Origin: Candidatus Wolfebacteria bacterium RIFOXYD12_FULL_48_21
GTDB taxonomy: Bacteria > Patescibacteriota > Minisyncoccia > UBA6257 > UBA9933
Length of the DNA stretch: 64,000 bases
NCBI GenBank assembly: GCA_001793945.1
Contig: MGIW01000004.1
Location: forward strand, 26,843 to 90,842
Direction: 5' to 3'
The notes beneath the pieces were generated by a model. That model saw only the letters and a list, made by a program, of their open reading frames with translations, did no database searches and had not been told where the DNA came from. Both the position numbers and the translations under genes were made by a program. Positions 18,332-28,769 of the stretch are shown piece after piece. Every line of letters starts with the position of its first letter. Positions within the stretch are counted from its first letter, which is position 1.

Positions 18332-18422
18332 GGTTGTTTATAGAACACTTATAGAACGGATTGTATTGCTTTAAAAGTATGGTGCGTATTCAAAAGTAGA
18401 ACAGATAGTGAACAAATGGAAT

Positions 18423-19070
18423 CTATTTAGCCTTATGCATAAGCGCTATTACTTCGGAATCTTCGACCTGAGGGAAGGAATCATAGAATGAGCCGATTGC
18501 GCCCATATATTCAGGAGTTGAAAGACAAACGACTTCATCGACCAGTCCGCTGATCTCGGATAGGCTGTCGGGAGGTGCTATGGGGACTGCTACGATGATT
18601 TTTTTAGGGTTGCGATGCTTAAGTTCTGCTATGGCACATTTCATAGTCAAGCCGGTGGCAATGCCATCATCGACGATAATGGCAATTTTATCGGAAGTAT
18701 CGATGGGTTGGGCGCTTGGAAGATATGTTTCGCGCCGGCGCTTTGCCTCAGCGCGTTGTATATTGATCTCTGCTTGTAGCCATTGCTGGTTAACGGAGGC
18801 GAGAATGGTTGGATCGCCGATCAGGTGTCCATCCTCGGCGACGGCGCCAATGGCGTATTCCGGGGCGGTCGGGTGGCTGATCTTCCGCGGAATGATCAGG
18901 TCGAGTGGTAGGTGAAGCGCGCTTGCGATTTCGAATCCGGTAACCACACCACCCCGCGGAAGTGCATAGACGACCGCATTGGTGTCTATATAGGAAAGAA
19001 GCTTTTGGGAGAGTTGCCTCCCGGCATCCTCTCGGTCCTTGAAGCGAAGTTCTTGGGGATTTAAAGGCAT
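18423..19070 (-). CDS. Phosphoribosyltransferase-family protein
   Basis: PRT-fold motif KIAIIVDDGIATGLT; predicted-PRTase type. Confidence 0.8.
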   Translation of the reverse strand: MPLNPQELRFKDREDAGRQLSQKLLSYIDTNAVVYALPRGGVVTGFEIASALHLPLDLIIPRKISHPTAPEYAIGAVAEDGHLIGDPTILASVNQQWLQAEINIQRAEAKRRRETYLPSAQPIDTSDKIAIIVDDGIATGLTMKCAIAELKHRNPKKIIVAVPIAPPDSLSEISGLVDEVVCLSTPEYMGAIGSFYDSFPQVEDSEVIALMHKAK

Positions 19071-19083
19071 GGCGGGTGGTGGC

Positions 19084-19179
19084 TGTCATCCCCGATCCGC
19101 CGGATGGCGGACGAGAAATCTGCAGATCCCTCTCCGCTTGCCCTGCCTACCGGCAGGCAGGTGGCGGATCGGGATGACA
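19084..19179. repeat. GC-rich inverted-repeat element, family copy A (TGTCATCCCCGATCCGCC ... GGCGGATCGGGATGACA)
   Basis: 17-bp terminal inverted repeats; internal ggatggcggacgag..cagatccctc..ccctgcctaccggcaggcagg shared with copies at 15305, 29238, 32728, 55742, 63336. Confidence 0.8.
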
Positions 19180-19262
19180 GAATAATAAATAATAGACTTA
19201 CTATAATAATACCACATCATATACTACATATTCCATGCGTATGATATACTAAAAGCATAATT

Positions 19263-20447
19263 ATGAAAAAATTCTTTCTAATCGGCATGGGCGGAATGGT
19301 GGTGAGCGCAGCGGCGTTTGGTTTGTCGCAAAGTAAAAATAATATATTAGTGCATCCAAGCGCAGTGAGTTCGAATGCATGGCAGGAAGAGGCTGTTATT
19401 TCTGAAGAAAAGCCGAGCATAAAAAGAATGGAAACGCCAAAGGTGGTGCGGGCCGTCTATTTGACCGCGCCGTCTGGTGGGCGCGAAGATAAGATACAGG
19501 CGATCATCAATATGAAAAAGGATGGCCTCAATGCCGTGGTCATAGACATAAAGGATTCATTCGGTGTGGTGGCATATGATTCACAGTTGGATACGGTCAA
19601 CCGGTATGAGCTGGAGAGAAAGTTCATTCCTGATCTTGCGGCGTTGGTGCAGCGGTTTCACGATGAAGGTATCTATGTAATAGCGCGTATCGCGGTGTTC
19701 CAAGACACGGCGCTTGCGGAGGCGCGGCCTGAACTGGCAGTGCATGACAGAAGCAAACTGAATGCGGCTGGTGGAGCGATGTCAAAAAAGACGCTTTGGC
19801 GCGATGGAAAGAACCTTGCATGGGTAGACCCGTCTTCGCGCGAAGTGGGGGAATATGTGGTCGCGCTTTCGAACGACGCCTTGAGTTACGGGTTTGACGA
19901 ACTGAATTACGATTACATCCGGTTTCCGTCAGACGGCAAGATATCAAGCATTGTATATTCCGTAACAAAACCAGACGCATCATATCCGGTACAGATAAGG
20001 GGATTCATGCAATATCTGCGCGAACAGTTGCATGACACCGTGCTATCGGTAGATCTATTCGGATTTACAATGGTAAAAAAGGAAGATATCGGCATCGGCC
20101 AGATCGTCGAAGATGCATACGCTTATTTCGACTTCGTAGCACCGATGGTCTACCCGTCGCATTACCCGAGCGGATTTATGGGATATAAAAATCCTGCGGC
20201 CTGGCCATACGAGATCATTGCGGATTCGATGCAAAAAGGACAGGCGCGATTGGATGCGTATCAAGCGACTGCATCAACAACGGCGAAGCTGCGACCATGG
20301 TTGCAGGACTTCGATCTCGGTGCCGACTACGATGCGGCGATGATCGGAAAACAGATACAGGCAACGGAAGATATGTTGGGTGAACAGTATGCAGGCTATA
20401 TGTTATGGAATCCATCGAGTAACTATACGATCGGTGGAGTGCAATAA
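19263..20447 (+). CDS. DUF4015-family putative glycoside hydrolase (TIM-barrel, GHL10-like), N-terminal TM/signal
   Basis: Blocks VRAVYLTA, NAVVIDIKD, IARIAVFQD, NYDYIRFP consistent with DUF4015. Confidence 0.7.
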   Translation: MKKFFLIGMGGMVVSAAAFGLSQSKNNILVHPSAVSSNAWQEEAVISEEKPSIKRMETPKVVRAVYLTAPSGGREDKIQAIINMKKDGLNAVVIDIKDSFGVVAYDSQLDTVNRYELERKFIPDLAALVQRFHDEGIYVIARIAVFQDTALAEARPELAVHDRSKLNAAGGAMSKKTLWRDGKNLAWVDPSSREVGEYVVALSNDALSYGFDELNYDYIRFPSDGKISSIVYSVTKPDASYPVQIRGFMQYLREQLHDTVLSVDLFGFTMVKKEDIGIGQIVEDAYAYFDFVAPMVYPSHYPSGFMGYKNPAAWPYEIIADSMQKGQARLDAYQATASTTAKLRPWLQDFDLGADYDAAMIGKQIQATEDMLGEQYAGYMLWNPSSNYTIGGVQ

Positions 20448-20533
20448 AAAAGTTATCCCCATACATCGGTCAATGTAATGGTGGTATACTTATAGAAGCA
20501 ATTAATGTAACCGTAAGGTAAAAAACAATACCC

Positions 20534-23500
20534 ATGTCCCATAAAAAAGGTGTATCGTTGTTTAGTATAATCACGATGGTCGGATTAATAGCCGGTGGCG
20601 TCATTTTTGGCGTTACACCTGCGTACGCCGCAGACGGATCAGGGACAAACTCCGTCACACCGACAAGTACCGATGTTAGCTCGACCGGGAATACATTCGC
20701 ATTCACATTTACGGCCGCAGAATTGATGGACTCCGGTGGCATTTCCATTTCTGTGCCAGCTGGATGGTCTGCTCCGCAAGGGACGCCGGGGGTGGCGGGT
20801 TATGCAACGACGAATTCAACCGCAGGCGTAATAGGAACTGTCCTGGCGAATGCTGACGCCACGACGGATACTGGGGGGACATGGGCAGAAGATGATAACG
20901 ATGCGTGCAGTACATTTTCCACATCAGCGACAACAAAAATAGAGGGCGCTGCTTCTGTACAATGTATTAATGCGGGAGGCCAACCCGATGATACAGATTC
21001 CTTTGGCTTGCAATATGGATCTGGTCAGAATTGGTCCGGGTATACAAAAATCGGGGTATGGCTCCGTTCAACCGTTGCAATATCAGGGGCAATAAATTAT
21101 ATCCAGGTTGCATATGACAATACTACAGGGGCACTAGGGGATGGAGGGGCATTGGAAACATTTAGCGTGCAATCATTGGCCGCAAACACATGGACATACT
21201 TCACATTTAATCTTACGGCTACACGCACTGCAGTTCAGGAGATAGGTATTGTGTGTAAGGGGTCGGGCTGTGATAGCAATACAATTTTTGTTGATTATAT
21301 TTTGATCGGCCCGGGCTCCCCGTCATTTTCTGGGTCTGGTCCATGGACAATAGATGCAAATTTCTTGGCCATGCCATCTGCCGGAACGACGACGATTACC
21401 TATGGCAGTGGAGGTGGTACGAGTGGTGTTACGGCACCGAGCACCGCAGGTGATTATACATTTACGACCCAGTCCCGTTTTGATGGCGGGGGAACGCTGA
21501 CCAATATTGCGTCATCGCCGGTCATACAGGTGCGCAACCCGGCTCCGACCATCGCAACAGTGTCGCCGACATCGACAACATATGGCGCAACACCAACACT
21601 GACGATAGCCGGTACAGGATACAATGCGAACACGACAGTAACATTCAATGGTGCGAGTAAGACACCGGCCGTTGCATCATCGACACAACTTTCGATCACA
21701 CTAAACGGAACAGATACTGCAACGGTCGGAACGACGACGATTGTAGTAACCAATCCAACGCCAGGAGGAGGGTCAGCAACCTCGACGGCTTTTGCGGTAG
21801 TCAAGGCAGATATCACAATCACATTGGGCTCATCTCTAAACCCATCTGCGTATGGTGATTTAGTAACCTTCACTGCAACTACGACCAGCGGCGTAGGAAC
21901 ACCAACCGGTGATGTCACATTCTTCGACGGCGCAACGCCGCTTGCGACCAGTACAATGACTGGCGGGGTTGCTACGCTTGCAACTTCTTCGTTAACTGTC
22001 GGTGCACACTCAATCACTGCCGTGTATAACGGCGACGCTAATTTCAATGCCAGCACCTCTGCCGCAGTAGCACAGACGGTCAATAAGGCAAACATCACCA
22101 TCACACTCGGTTCTTCACTGAACCCTTCAACCTACGGCGATTTAGTAACATTTACTGCGACCACAACCAGTGGAGTTGGAATGCCAAGCGGCACGGTCAC
22201 CTTTAAAGACGGAGGCGTTGCATTTGCAACAAGTACATTGACTGATGGGGTAGCGACGCTGGCAACAAGTACGCTTTCTATAGCAACGCATTCCATAACT
22301 GCAACATACAACGGCGACGAGATCTTCAATGCCAGCACCTCTGCCGCAGTAGCACAGACGGTCAACAAGGCAAATATCACAATCACGCTCGGCTCGTCAT
22401 TGAATCCATCTACCTACGGTGATTCCGTTACCTTCACCGCAACAACCACAAGTGGGGTGGGGACTCCAAGCGGAACCGTAACATTTAAAGACGGAGTTAC
22501 AAACTTAGCAACGAGCACATTGACTGGGGGAGTTGCAACATTTGCAACCGACGCATTAACTGTTGGTACGCACTCAATCACCGCTGTGTATAACGGTGAT
22601 ACCAACTTCAACGCAAGTACATCCGCCGCAGTTTCGCAGGTAGTGAATAATCCTACTCCGATAATTACGCTACTTTCCCCAAACACTATCGAGGAGGGAA
22701 GCGCTACGACTTCATTAACGATTAGTGGAAGTCAATTTGCGAGCGATGCAACAGTTACATTTGATGGAACACTCCTAATAATAGATACGCAGTCATCGAC
22801 TACTATTGATACCACTATCCCGGCATCACTATTGACCGCATTTGGAACTTCGACAGTTGCGGTTATCAATGCGGCTCCGGGCGGAGGAACGGCGACATCT
22901 TCATTTATTATAACGCGCGGCGCGGTAAAATTTGCATTTAGCGGTGCTCCGTATAGCGGTACCGTAGACGCGTCGATTACGGTAACGATACAGGCACAGC
23001 GCGAAAACGGAACAGTGGTGACCAATTATCAAAACGATGTAACGCTCGATGTAGGCGGTTCTGCAACACCGGAAAGTGTGCTGGTCAACATTATCAATGG
23101 CGCGGGGACGACGACCATAGCAAACACGGTAGCGGAAACGGTAACGCTTTCACTAACAGATACGCAGGGAACGGGCTTGGATGTAACTGCGACAACATCG
23201 GCAACATTTGCACACGGTGCAATAACGCAATTCACGCTTGCGGGACCGGCAACGCTCAATGTGGGTGACCGCGCAGCATTTACAACGACGAGAAAGGATC
23301 AGTACGGCAATCCGGTGACCAGCGGCCCGGATACCACGGTATATTTCTATACGACATCGACTTCATCATCGGCAGTATTTTACGACGCCGCAATCGATGG
23401 AACCGTGATAACCTCAGCGATCATTGGATCGGGAGCAAGCACGACAATGGCATGGTATTACGATGAAGAGCCGGGCGTGTATACGATCACCGCATCGGAC

Positions 23501-26500
23501 AATGGAACGGCCCCCGACGGCAATACGGGCATTGACGATGCAACCAGTACGCTGACCGTGAACGCAGTAGCGACTCGCTTCGTGATCATCGATCCGACCG
23601 ATGGCACGGTAGATGCGTCGATCACGGTGGTGGTACAGGCACAGGATAACCTCGGCAGAATTATTACGGACTATCAGAACGATGTGACACTGATCGCGTC
23701 AAGTACGGGTGGACAAGTGAACGCAACCAGCACATTGATCAATATTGTGAATGGCTCCGGTACGACGACCATATCAAATACCATAGCGGAAACGGTATCC
23801 CTTTCGCTACTGGATTCGCAGGGTGCCGGATTGAATGTCGCATCATCAACGCAAGATGTGGTGTTTGCGCCGGGAGCGGTGGCGCAATTTTCACTGACGC
23901 ATAGCGGCGACATGGAGCAGAACACGCGCAAGGAATTTGTCGCGGGGCGAAAGGATCAATATGGAAACTTCGTAAGTGCAAGCACGACCCCTGCGTATGT
24001 GTATGCAAGTCCGACCAGTACGGCAAAGTTTTATGATGCCGATGCGGGTGGCAATGAGATTACCTCTATCGCATTTACGCCCGGTAACGCGACGACCAGT
24101 TTCTGGTTCTATAGCAACACGCCGGCAACAACGACTATAACGGTCTCAGATAATGCGACCGCACCGGACGGCGATACGGGTATCGATGATGCAACAAATG
24201 AAATCTTGGTGACGCCGACCGCGGTGCGGTTTGAGATCGTCGATCCGACCGACGGCACGGTAGACGCGGCAATCACGGTCACCGTTCGGGCATTGGATGA
24301 GTTCGGACAGGTAGTGCCGAGCTTTACCGAAGATGTAACGCTGCTGGTGACGGGGAGTGCGGTCGCCAATCCGGTATTGATTGATATTGAAAACGGAATA
24401 GGAACGACCCAAGTAAGCGATACGGTTGCGGAAACCGTAACATTGTCGTTGTCGGATACGCAAAGCACGGGCCTCGCGGCGACATCGACACAGAATGTGA
24501 TATTTGCGGTAGGTGTATTTGCAAAGTTGAATCTGAACAATGTGATCAATGCGACGGCCGGGGATCTGGTCGCTTACACGGTCACGCGTACCGATCAATA
24601 TAATAATCAGATAACCGGCGGCTCGATAACGGTAGCCCTTTCGGCAACCCCAACAACAACCCCGGGTACATTTTATAGTAGCAACTCGACTTCAAGTTCG
24701 GTGATCACATCGGTAGCGATCGATGCCGGAAATGCTTCGGCGCAATTCTGGTATTACAATGAAGTGGCAGGGTCGTATCAGGTTACCGCGCAAAGTGGCG
24801 CAGTGATCGGATATGATGATATCGTGATCGACCCGGCAGCAATCGCCAAGTTTACGATCAATGATCGCACCAGTATGAATCCGGCGAGTCGCGTGCAATA
24901 TACGGTGGTGCGCAAAGATCAATTCAATAACTTGGTAACCACGGGCAATACAACGGCGTATCTGTATGCCGATCCGGCTGGGACTGGTACCGCATTTTAT
25001 GATGCTGCGACGAACGGCAACGCAGTAACAAGCGTAACGATTGGCAGTGGCCAATCATCGCAAAGCGCATGGTATTATGAAGAGACCAGCGGCAATCACA
25101 CGATTACCGCTTCGGATAACGCGACCGCGCCGGATGGAGCGGCGGGTATTATTGATGCTACCGATGTGATCTCGGTGCAGACTGCAACCGGAACACGGTT
25201 TATGTTTGAGCCGGAACCGGATCCGCAAACATTAGCAGCGGGAGCGTCTTCATTGGTGACGATCCAGGTGCAGGATGACTTTGGAAATATTGATACGAAT
25301 TATCAGAATGATGTGACACTGGTCACGGGCGTGACATCGGTAAGCGGTACCGGATTGACTGATGGGCAGGCATTGATCAACATCGTCAACGGTGAAGGAA
25401 CTATCACGCTGACCGACACGGTCGCCGAGACCGTTAACTTGGCGCTGTCTGATACGCAGGGAACGGGGTTGGTTGTGACCGACACTGCGTCGATCACATG
25501 GACCGCCGGAGCGGTGTCGCAGTTCACAATCACCGATCAGACCAGTATAGTGGCGGGGACGAGTACGCCGTACACCGTAACAAGAAAGGATCAATATGGA
25601 AATGTGGTGACCTCGGGAAGCAACCTTGTGTACTTATATACCAATTCAACGGGCGCACAGGCCCGATTTCAGACAACGGAAACAGGAACGACCTCGATAT
25701 CATTTGTGACGCTTGCAAGCGGGTTTGCATCGACGACATTCTATTATTACGACGAAGAGGCGGGCACATGGGATATCACCGCATCAGATAATGCGACTGC
25801 TTCTGACGGAGCAACAGGGATTGACGATGCATCAGATTCACTGATCGTAACGGCGGCCCCGGTCGTGGCGGATCGGTATGTGATACTCGACCCGGCAGAT
25901 GCAGGGTTGAACGAGGTGACGGTCGTGATCGTTCAGGCACAAGATGCCGATGGCGGATTGGATACGACCATCCAGGAAGATATTTATTTGGTCTTTAGTA
26001 CATCATCGATACAGACCGCAGGACTTGTCGGCCAGCGCGTTCAAGTGAGTATGGTGGACGGTATTGGTACGGTATCAATCCAGGATACCGTAGCGGAAAC
26101 AGTGCAGCTTTCATTGGAGCGATTAGCTGGCTCAACCTCGACATTGGCGATCACATCAACGCAGGATGTGATGTTCTTCGTGCGACAAACATTTGGAGGT
26201 GGAGGTGCGGGCGGAGGCGTATATGTCGCTCCGACCGCGATATTTACGGGCCGGGCCTATCCGGGGGCGACTATTGTATTGTTTGCGCGCATAGGAGGAC
26301 AGGATATTCCGCTTGAGCGTAATATTGAGGTGCGGGCGGATGGTACATTTACCGTAGATTTTTCTGGCGAGTTGCGCGGGCTGGAATCGTTCGGGCTTGC
26401 CATCTTGGACAAGGACGGAAAGATTGCGCAGATCAAGACCTATACTATGGATAAGATAACGCGCGCGACCGAAGAGAAAAATCTGTACATCGCGCCGACT

Positions 26501-26944
26501 GCGGAATTAGTATCGCGCACGGTGACTATTGGTAATAATGTCGGACTCACGGGTTCTGCCGCGCCGGGGAGTGTGGTAAAGGCTGAAGTTGACGGACAGG
26601 CGGTTGACGCGCAGGCGACGGCAGGAAACAACGGCGCATATAGACTCTTGGTCAATACGCGAGATCTTTCCTATGGAGGACATATTATTCGAACCAAGCA
26701 GGTTGATAAAAATGGGGTTGAGAGTGATTGGTCCCCATTGAAAGTGTTTATGGTCACGCGCACATTGGTCACGCGGGCCGACTTGAACAATAACGGAGGT
26801 ATAGATATCGGCGATTGGAGTATCTTCCTTACGCGATTTGGATCGATCAATGCGGAAGAAAAACGGCAAGTAGATTTGAACGATGATGGCAAGGTCGACA
26901 TATCAGACTTTAGTATATTCATCCGGTCTGCAATCAACAGGTAA
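20534..26944 (+). CDS. Giant (2136 aa) surface protein: N-terminal anchor/signal, Ig-like repeat arrays, C-terminal dockerin domain
   Basis: Three roughly 95-aa Big-like repeats (21790-22645) and six roughly 290-aa repeats (about 22900-26100), repeated at DNA level; C-terminal tandem Ca-binding loops DLNNNGGIDIGD and DLNDDGKVDISD each followed by an amphipathic helix, canonical type-I dockerin. Confidence 0.9.
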   Translation: MSHKKGVSLFSIITMVGLIAGGVIFGVTPAYAADGSGTNSVTPTSTDVSSTGNTFAFTFTAAELMDSGGISISVPAGWSAPQGTPGVAGYATTNSTAGVIGTVLANADATTDTGGTWAEDDNDACSTFSTSATTKIEGAASVQCINAGGQPDDTDSFGLQYGSGQNWSGYTKIGVWLRSTVAISGAINYIQVAYDNTTGALGDGGALETFSVQSLAANTWTYFTFNLTATRTAVQEIGIVCKGSGCDSNTIFVDYILIGPGSPSFSGSGPWTIDANFLAMPSAGTTTITYGSGGGTSGVTAPSTAGDYTFTTQSRFDGGGTLTNIASSPVIQVRNPAPTIATVSPTSTTYGATPTLTIAGTGYNANTTVTFNGASKTPAVASSTQLSITLNGTDTATVGTTTIVVTNPTPGGGSATSTAFAVVKADITITLGSSLNPSAYGDLVTFTATTTSGVGTPTGDVTFFDGATPLATSTMTGGVATLATSSLTVGAHSITAVYNGDANFNASTSAAVAQTVNKANITITLGSSLNPSTYGDLVTFTATTTSGVGMPSGTVTFKDGGVAFATSTLTDGVATLATSTLSIATHSITATYNGDEIFNASTSAAVAQTVNKANITITLGSSLNPSTYGDSVTFTATTTSGVGTPSGTVTFKDGVTNLATSTLTGGVATFATDALTVGTHSITAVYNGDTNFNASTSAAVSQVVNNPTPIITLLSPNTIEEGSATTSLTISGSQFASDATVTFDGTLLIIDTQSSTTIDTTIPASLLTAFGTSTVAVINAAPGGGTATSSFIITRGAVKFAFSGAPYSGTVDASITVTIQAQRENGTVVTNYQNDVTLDVGGSATPESVLVNIINGAGTTTIANTVAETVTLSLTDTQGTGLDVTATTSATFAHGAITQFTLAGPATLNVGDRAAFTTTRKDQYGNPVTSGPDTTVYFYTTSTSSSAVFYDAAIDGTVITSAIIGSGASTTMAWYYDEEPGVYTITASDNGTAPDGNTGIDDATSTLTVNAVATRFVIIDPTDGTVDASITVVVQAQDNLGRIITDYQNDVTLIASSTGGQVNATSTLINIVNGSGTTTISNTIAETVSLSLLDSQGAGLNVASSTQDVVFAPGAVAQFSLTHSGDMEQNTRKEFVAGRKDQYGNFVSASTTPAYVYASPTSTAKFYDADAGGNEITSIAFTPGNATTSFWFYSNTPATTTITVSDNATAPDGDTGIDDATNEILVTPTAVRFEIVDPTDGTVDAAITVTVRALDEFGQVVPSFTEDVTLLVTGSAVANPVLIDIENGIGTTQVSDTVAETVTLSLSDTQSTGLAATSTQNVIFAVGVFAKLNLNNVINATAGDLVAYTVTRTDQYNNQITGGSITVALSATPTTTPGTFYSSNSTSSSVITSVAIDAGNASAQFWYYNEVAGSYQVTAQSGAVIGYDDIVIDPAAIAKFTINDRTSMNPASRVQYTVVRKDQFNNLVTTGNTTAYLYADPAGTGTAFYDAATNGNAVTSVTIGSGQSSQSAWYYEETSGNHTITASDNATAPDGAAGIIDATDVISVQTATGTRFMFEPEPDPQTLAAGASSLVTIQVQDDFGNIDTNYQNDVTLVTGVTSVSGTGLTDGQALINIVNGEGTITLTDTVAETVNLALSDTQGTGLVVTDTASITWTAGAVSQFTITDQTSIVAGTSTPYTVTRKDQYGNVVTSGSNLVYLYTNSTGAQARFQTTETGTTSISFVTLASGFASTTFYYYDEEAGTWDITASDNATASDGATGIDDASDSLIVTAAPVVADRYVILDPADAGLNEVTVVIVQAQDADGGLDTTIQEDIYLVFSTSSIQTAGLVGQRVQVSMVDGIGTVSIQDTVAETVQLSLERLAGSTSTLAITSTQDVMFFVRQTFGGGGAGGGVYVAPTAIFTGRAYPGATIVLFARIGGQDIPLERNIEVRADGTFTVDFSGELRGLESFGLAILDKDGKIAQIKTYTMDKITRATEEKNLYIAPTAELVSRTVTIGNNVGLTGSAAPGSVVKAEVDGQAVDAQATAGNNGAYRLLVNTRDLSYGGHIIRTKQVDKNGVESDWSPLKVFMVTRTLVTRADLNNNGGIDIGDWSIFLTRFGSINAEEKRQVDLNDDGKVDISDFSIFIRSAINR

Positions 26945-27001
26945 TGCGTGTATATGCATTCCGTGGTATACTAAATAAAAGTAATTAACACGAATCGAGT
27001 C

Positions 27002-28717
27002 ATGAAATATAAACTTTCACTTTTTGTCGCGAGCGCTCTCTTCCTATTCGCCGTGACACACATCGCGTCAGCCGCAACATTGCAACTAACGACCAGTAAA
27101 GATACATTTGCAATCGGCAATCAATTCACGGTCGATGTGAAAACGGACAGCGAGGGGGTTGGTATCAATGCCGCGCAGGGAACGGTGCAAATATCCAAGG
27201 ATGTTTTGGAGATCGTAAGTGTCGACAAGACCGGTTCGGTATTTAATTTCTGGCTTACGGAGCCGACCTTTTCAAATGATTCCGGGCAAGTCAATTTCAT
27301 CGGCGGTTCAACGAGCGGCTTTTCGGGTCGATCGTTGCATATCGTAAAAATAACATATCGGGTCAAGGGAAGTGGCAAGACGGATATCGTGTTTACCGAT
27401 GGTGCCGTGACTGCGAGCGATGGTAGCGGTACAAATGTGTTGACCTCGATGAAGGGCCTCTCGATTACGAGCGTGCCCTCATCAGAGCTGGAAACGATCA
27501 CTCCCAAACCGACGCAAATTACGCGTCCGGCTTCGCGCGCGGAGCGTTTACCGGAGCGTCCGACCATTCAAGTGGCAGGATATCGGGACCCTGAGGCGTG
27601 GTACAATTTCGCGACTCGATTTTCCGCGTCATGGCAATTGACCGATGACATCACGGATGTGGCTACGGCAATAAACAGGGATCCGCTATTTTCTCCGACT
27701 ATTTCGGAGGGGCTGTTCGATAACAAGATCTTTTTGCCGATCAGCGAAGGGGTTTCTTATCTACATGTGCGTATGCGCAACGGCATCGGCTGGGGCCCTA
27801 CGCTGCATTACCGGTTGGCGATAGATCTTACTCCACCTCCGACTTTTCAGGCGCGTGTTCAGGAGGGAATAGAGACCGACAGCCCGACTCCAACAATCGA
27901 ATACTCGGCAAGTGATGGCTTGTCCGGGCTGAAGCGGTATTATATCCAGCAGAATGGAGGGACTGTGCGTACGATCGAAACAGGTCCATATAAGATGGAC
28001 CCGCAAAAACCAGGCAAACACCTCATTAAGATTGGTGCGGAAGACAACGCAGGAAATAGTGTAGAGAGCATTTTACATTTAGACATCTTGCCGATCGAGG
28101 CGCCGAAGATCACATCACTCACCGGGGATGTATTTGTTGGAGAGGGGCGACTCGATGTTATCGGGACTGCCTTGCCGGACATTGCATTACAGGTAGAGCT
28201 CAAGACAAAAGAAGGGCAGATTGAACAATCAAGCGAGATCAGGTCTGACACACATGGCAGCTGGGCGATCCGATTCGACAGACCATTAAAGAAAGGAGAT
28301 TATGTTATTGAAGTGACCGCGCGTGATGGCCGAGGGGCACTGAGCTACCCCGTCACATCGGGCATGATTAAAGTTCGTGCGAGGCCGGCACTGGTATTGG
28401 GAGGCCTGGAGCTGACCCAATTTTGGTTCTTCATCGTGCTGGTATTCGCATTGATCGGCGCATTTGTCGCGGGCTGGTTGTTTGTACGCTTCGAGCGGGA
28501 TCAGCGCGCACGCAAGATAGTTATTTGTCAGCGCGATATTACCAACATGCTCGCCATGGTAAAGCGGGACATCGATAGGATTCTCGAAAAATATGCCGAT
28601 GACAAGATAGACGAAGCCGAAGTTTCGGAAATAAAGCATATCGCGAAAAAGGCAAGTGAAAATATAGAAAAATCGGGCAAATATTGCGTGCAAAGTATAG
28701 GGGAGATCAATAAATGA
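27002..28717 (+). CDS. Membrane-anchored protein with N-terminal cohesin-like domain, Ig-like region, C-terminal TM and cytoplasmic coiled-coil tail
   Basis: Signal peptide; residues about 25-160 follow the cohesin pattern (FTVDVKTD..GVGINAAQGTVQISKDVLEIVSV..G; GQVNFIGG...LHIVKITYRVKGSGKTDIVF); TM helix FWFFIVLVFALIGAFVAGWLFV near the C-terminus. Confidence 0.65.
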   Translation: MKYKLSLFVASALFLFAVTHIASAATLQLTTSKDTFAIGNQFTVDVKTDSEGVGINAAQGTVQISKDVLEIVSVDKTGSVFNFWLTEPTFSNDSGQVNFIGGSTSGFSGRSLHIVKITYRVKGSGKTDIVFTDGAVTASDGSGTNVLTSMKGLSITSVPSSELETITPKPTQITRPASRAERLPERPTIQVAGYRDPEAWYNFATRFSASWQLTDDITDVATAINRDPLFSPTISEGLFDNKIFLPISEGVSYLHVRMRNGIGWGPTLHYRLAIDLTPPPTFQARVQEGIETDSPTPTIEYSASDGLSGLKRYYIQQNGGTVRTIETGPYKMDPQKPGKHLIKIGAEDNAGNSVESILHLDILPIEAPKITSLTGDVFVGEGRLDVIGTALPDIALQVELKTKEGQIEQSSEIRSDTHGSWAIRFDRPLKKGDYVIEVTARDGRGALSYPVTSGMIKVRARPALVLGGLELTQFWFFIVLVFALIGAFVAGWLFVRFERDQRARKIVICQRDITNMLAMVKRDIDRILEKYADDKIDEAEVSEIKHIAKKASENIEKSGKYCVQSIGEINK

Positions 28718-28769
28718 CCACGGTGAAAGAGTGCTTTACCAATGGAGATATATACGATATACTATAACC

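Noticed and set aside
21454-23259. Several 76-216-aa minus-strand ORFs inside the giant repeat gene
   Set aside because: Products of a repetitive, low-complexity reverse frame of the Ig-repeat gene; they repeat with the same periodicity.
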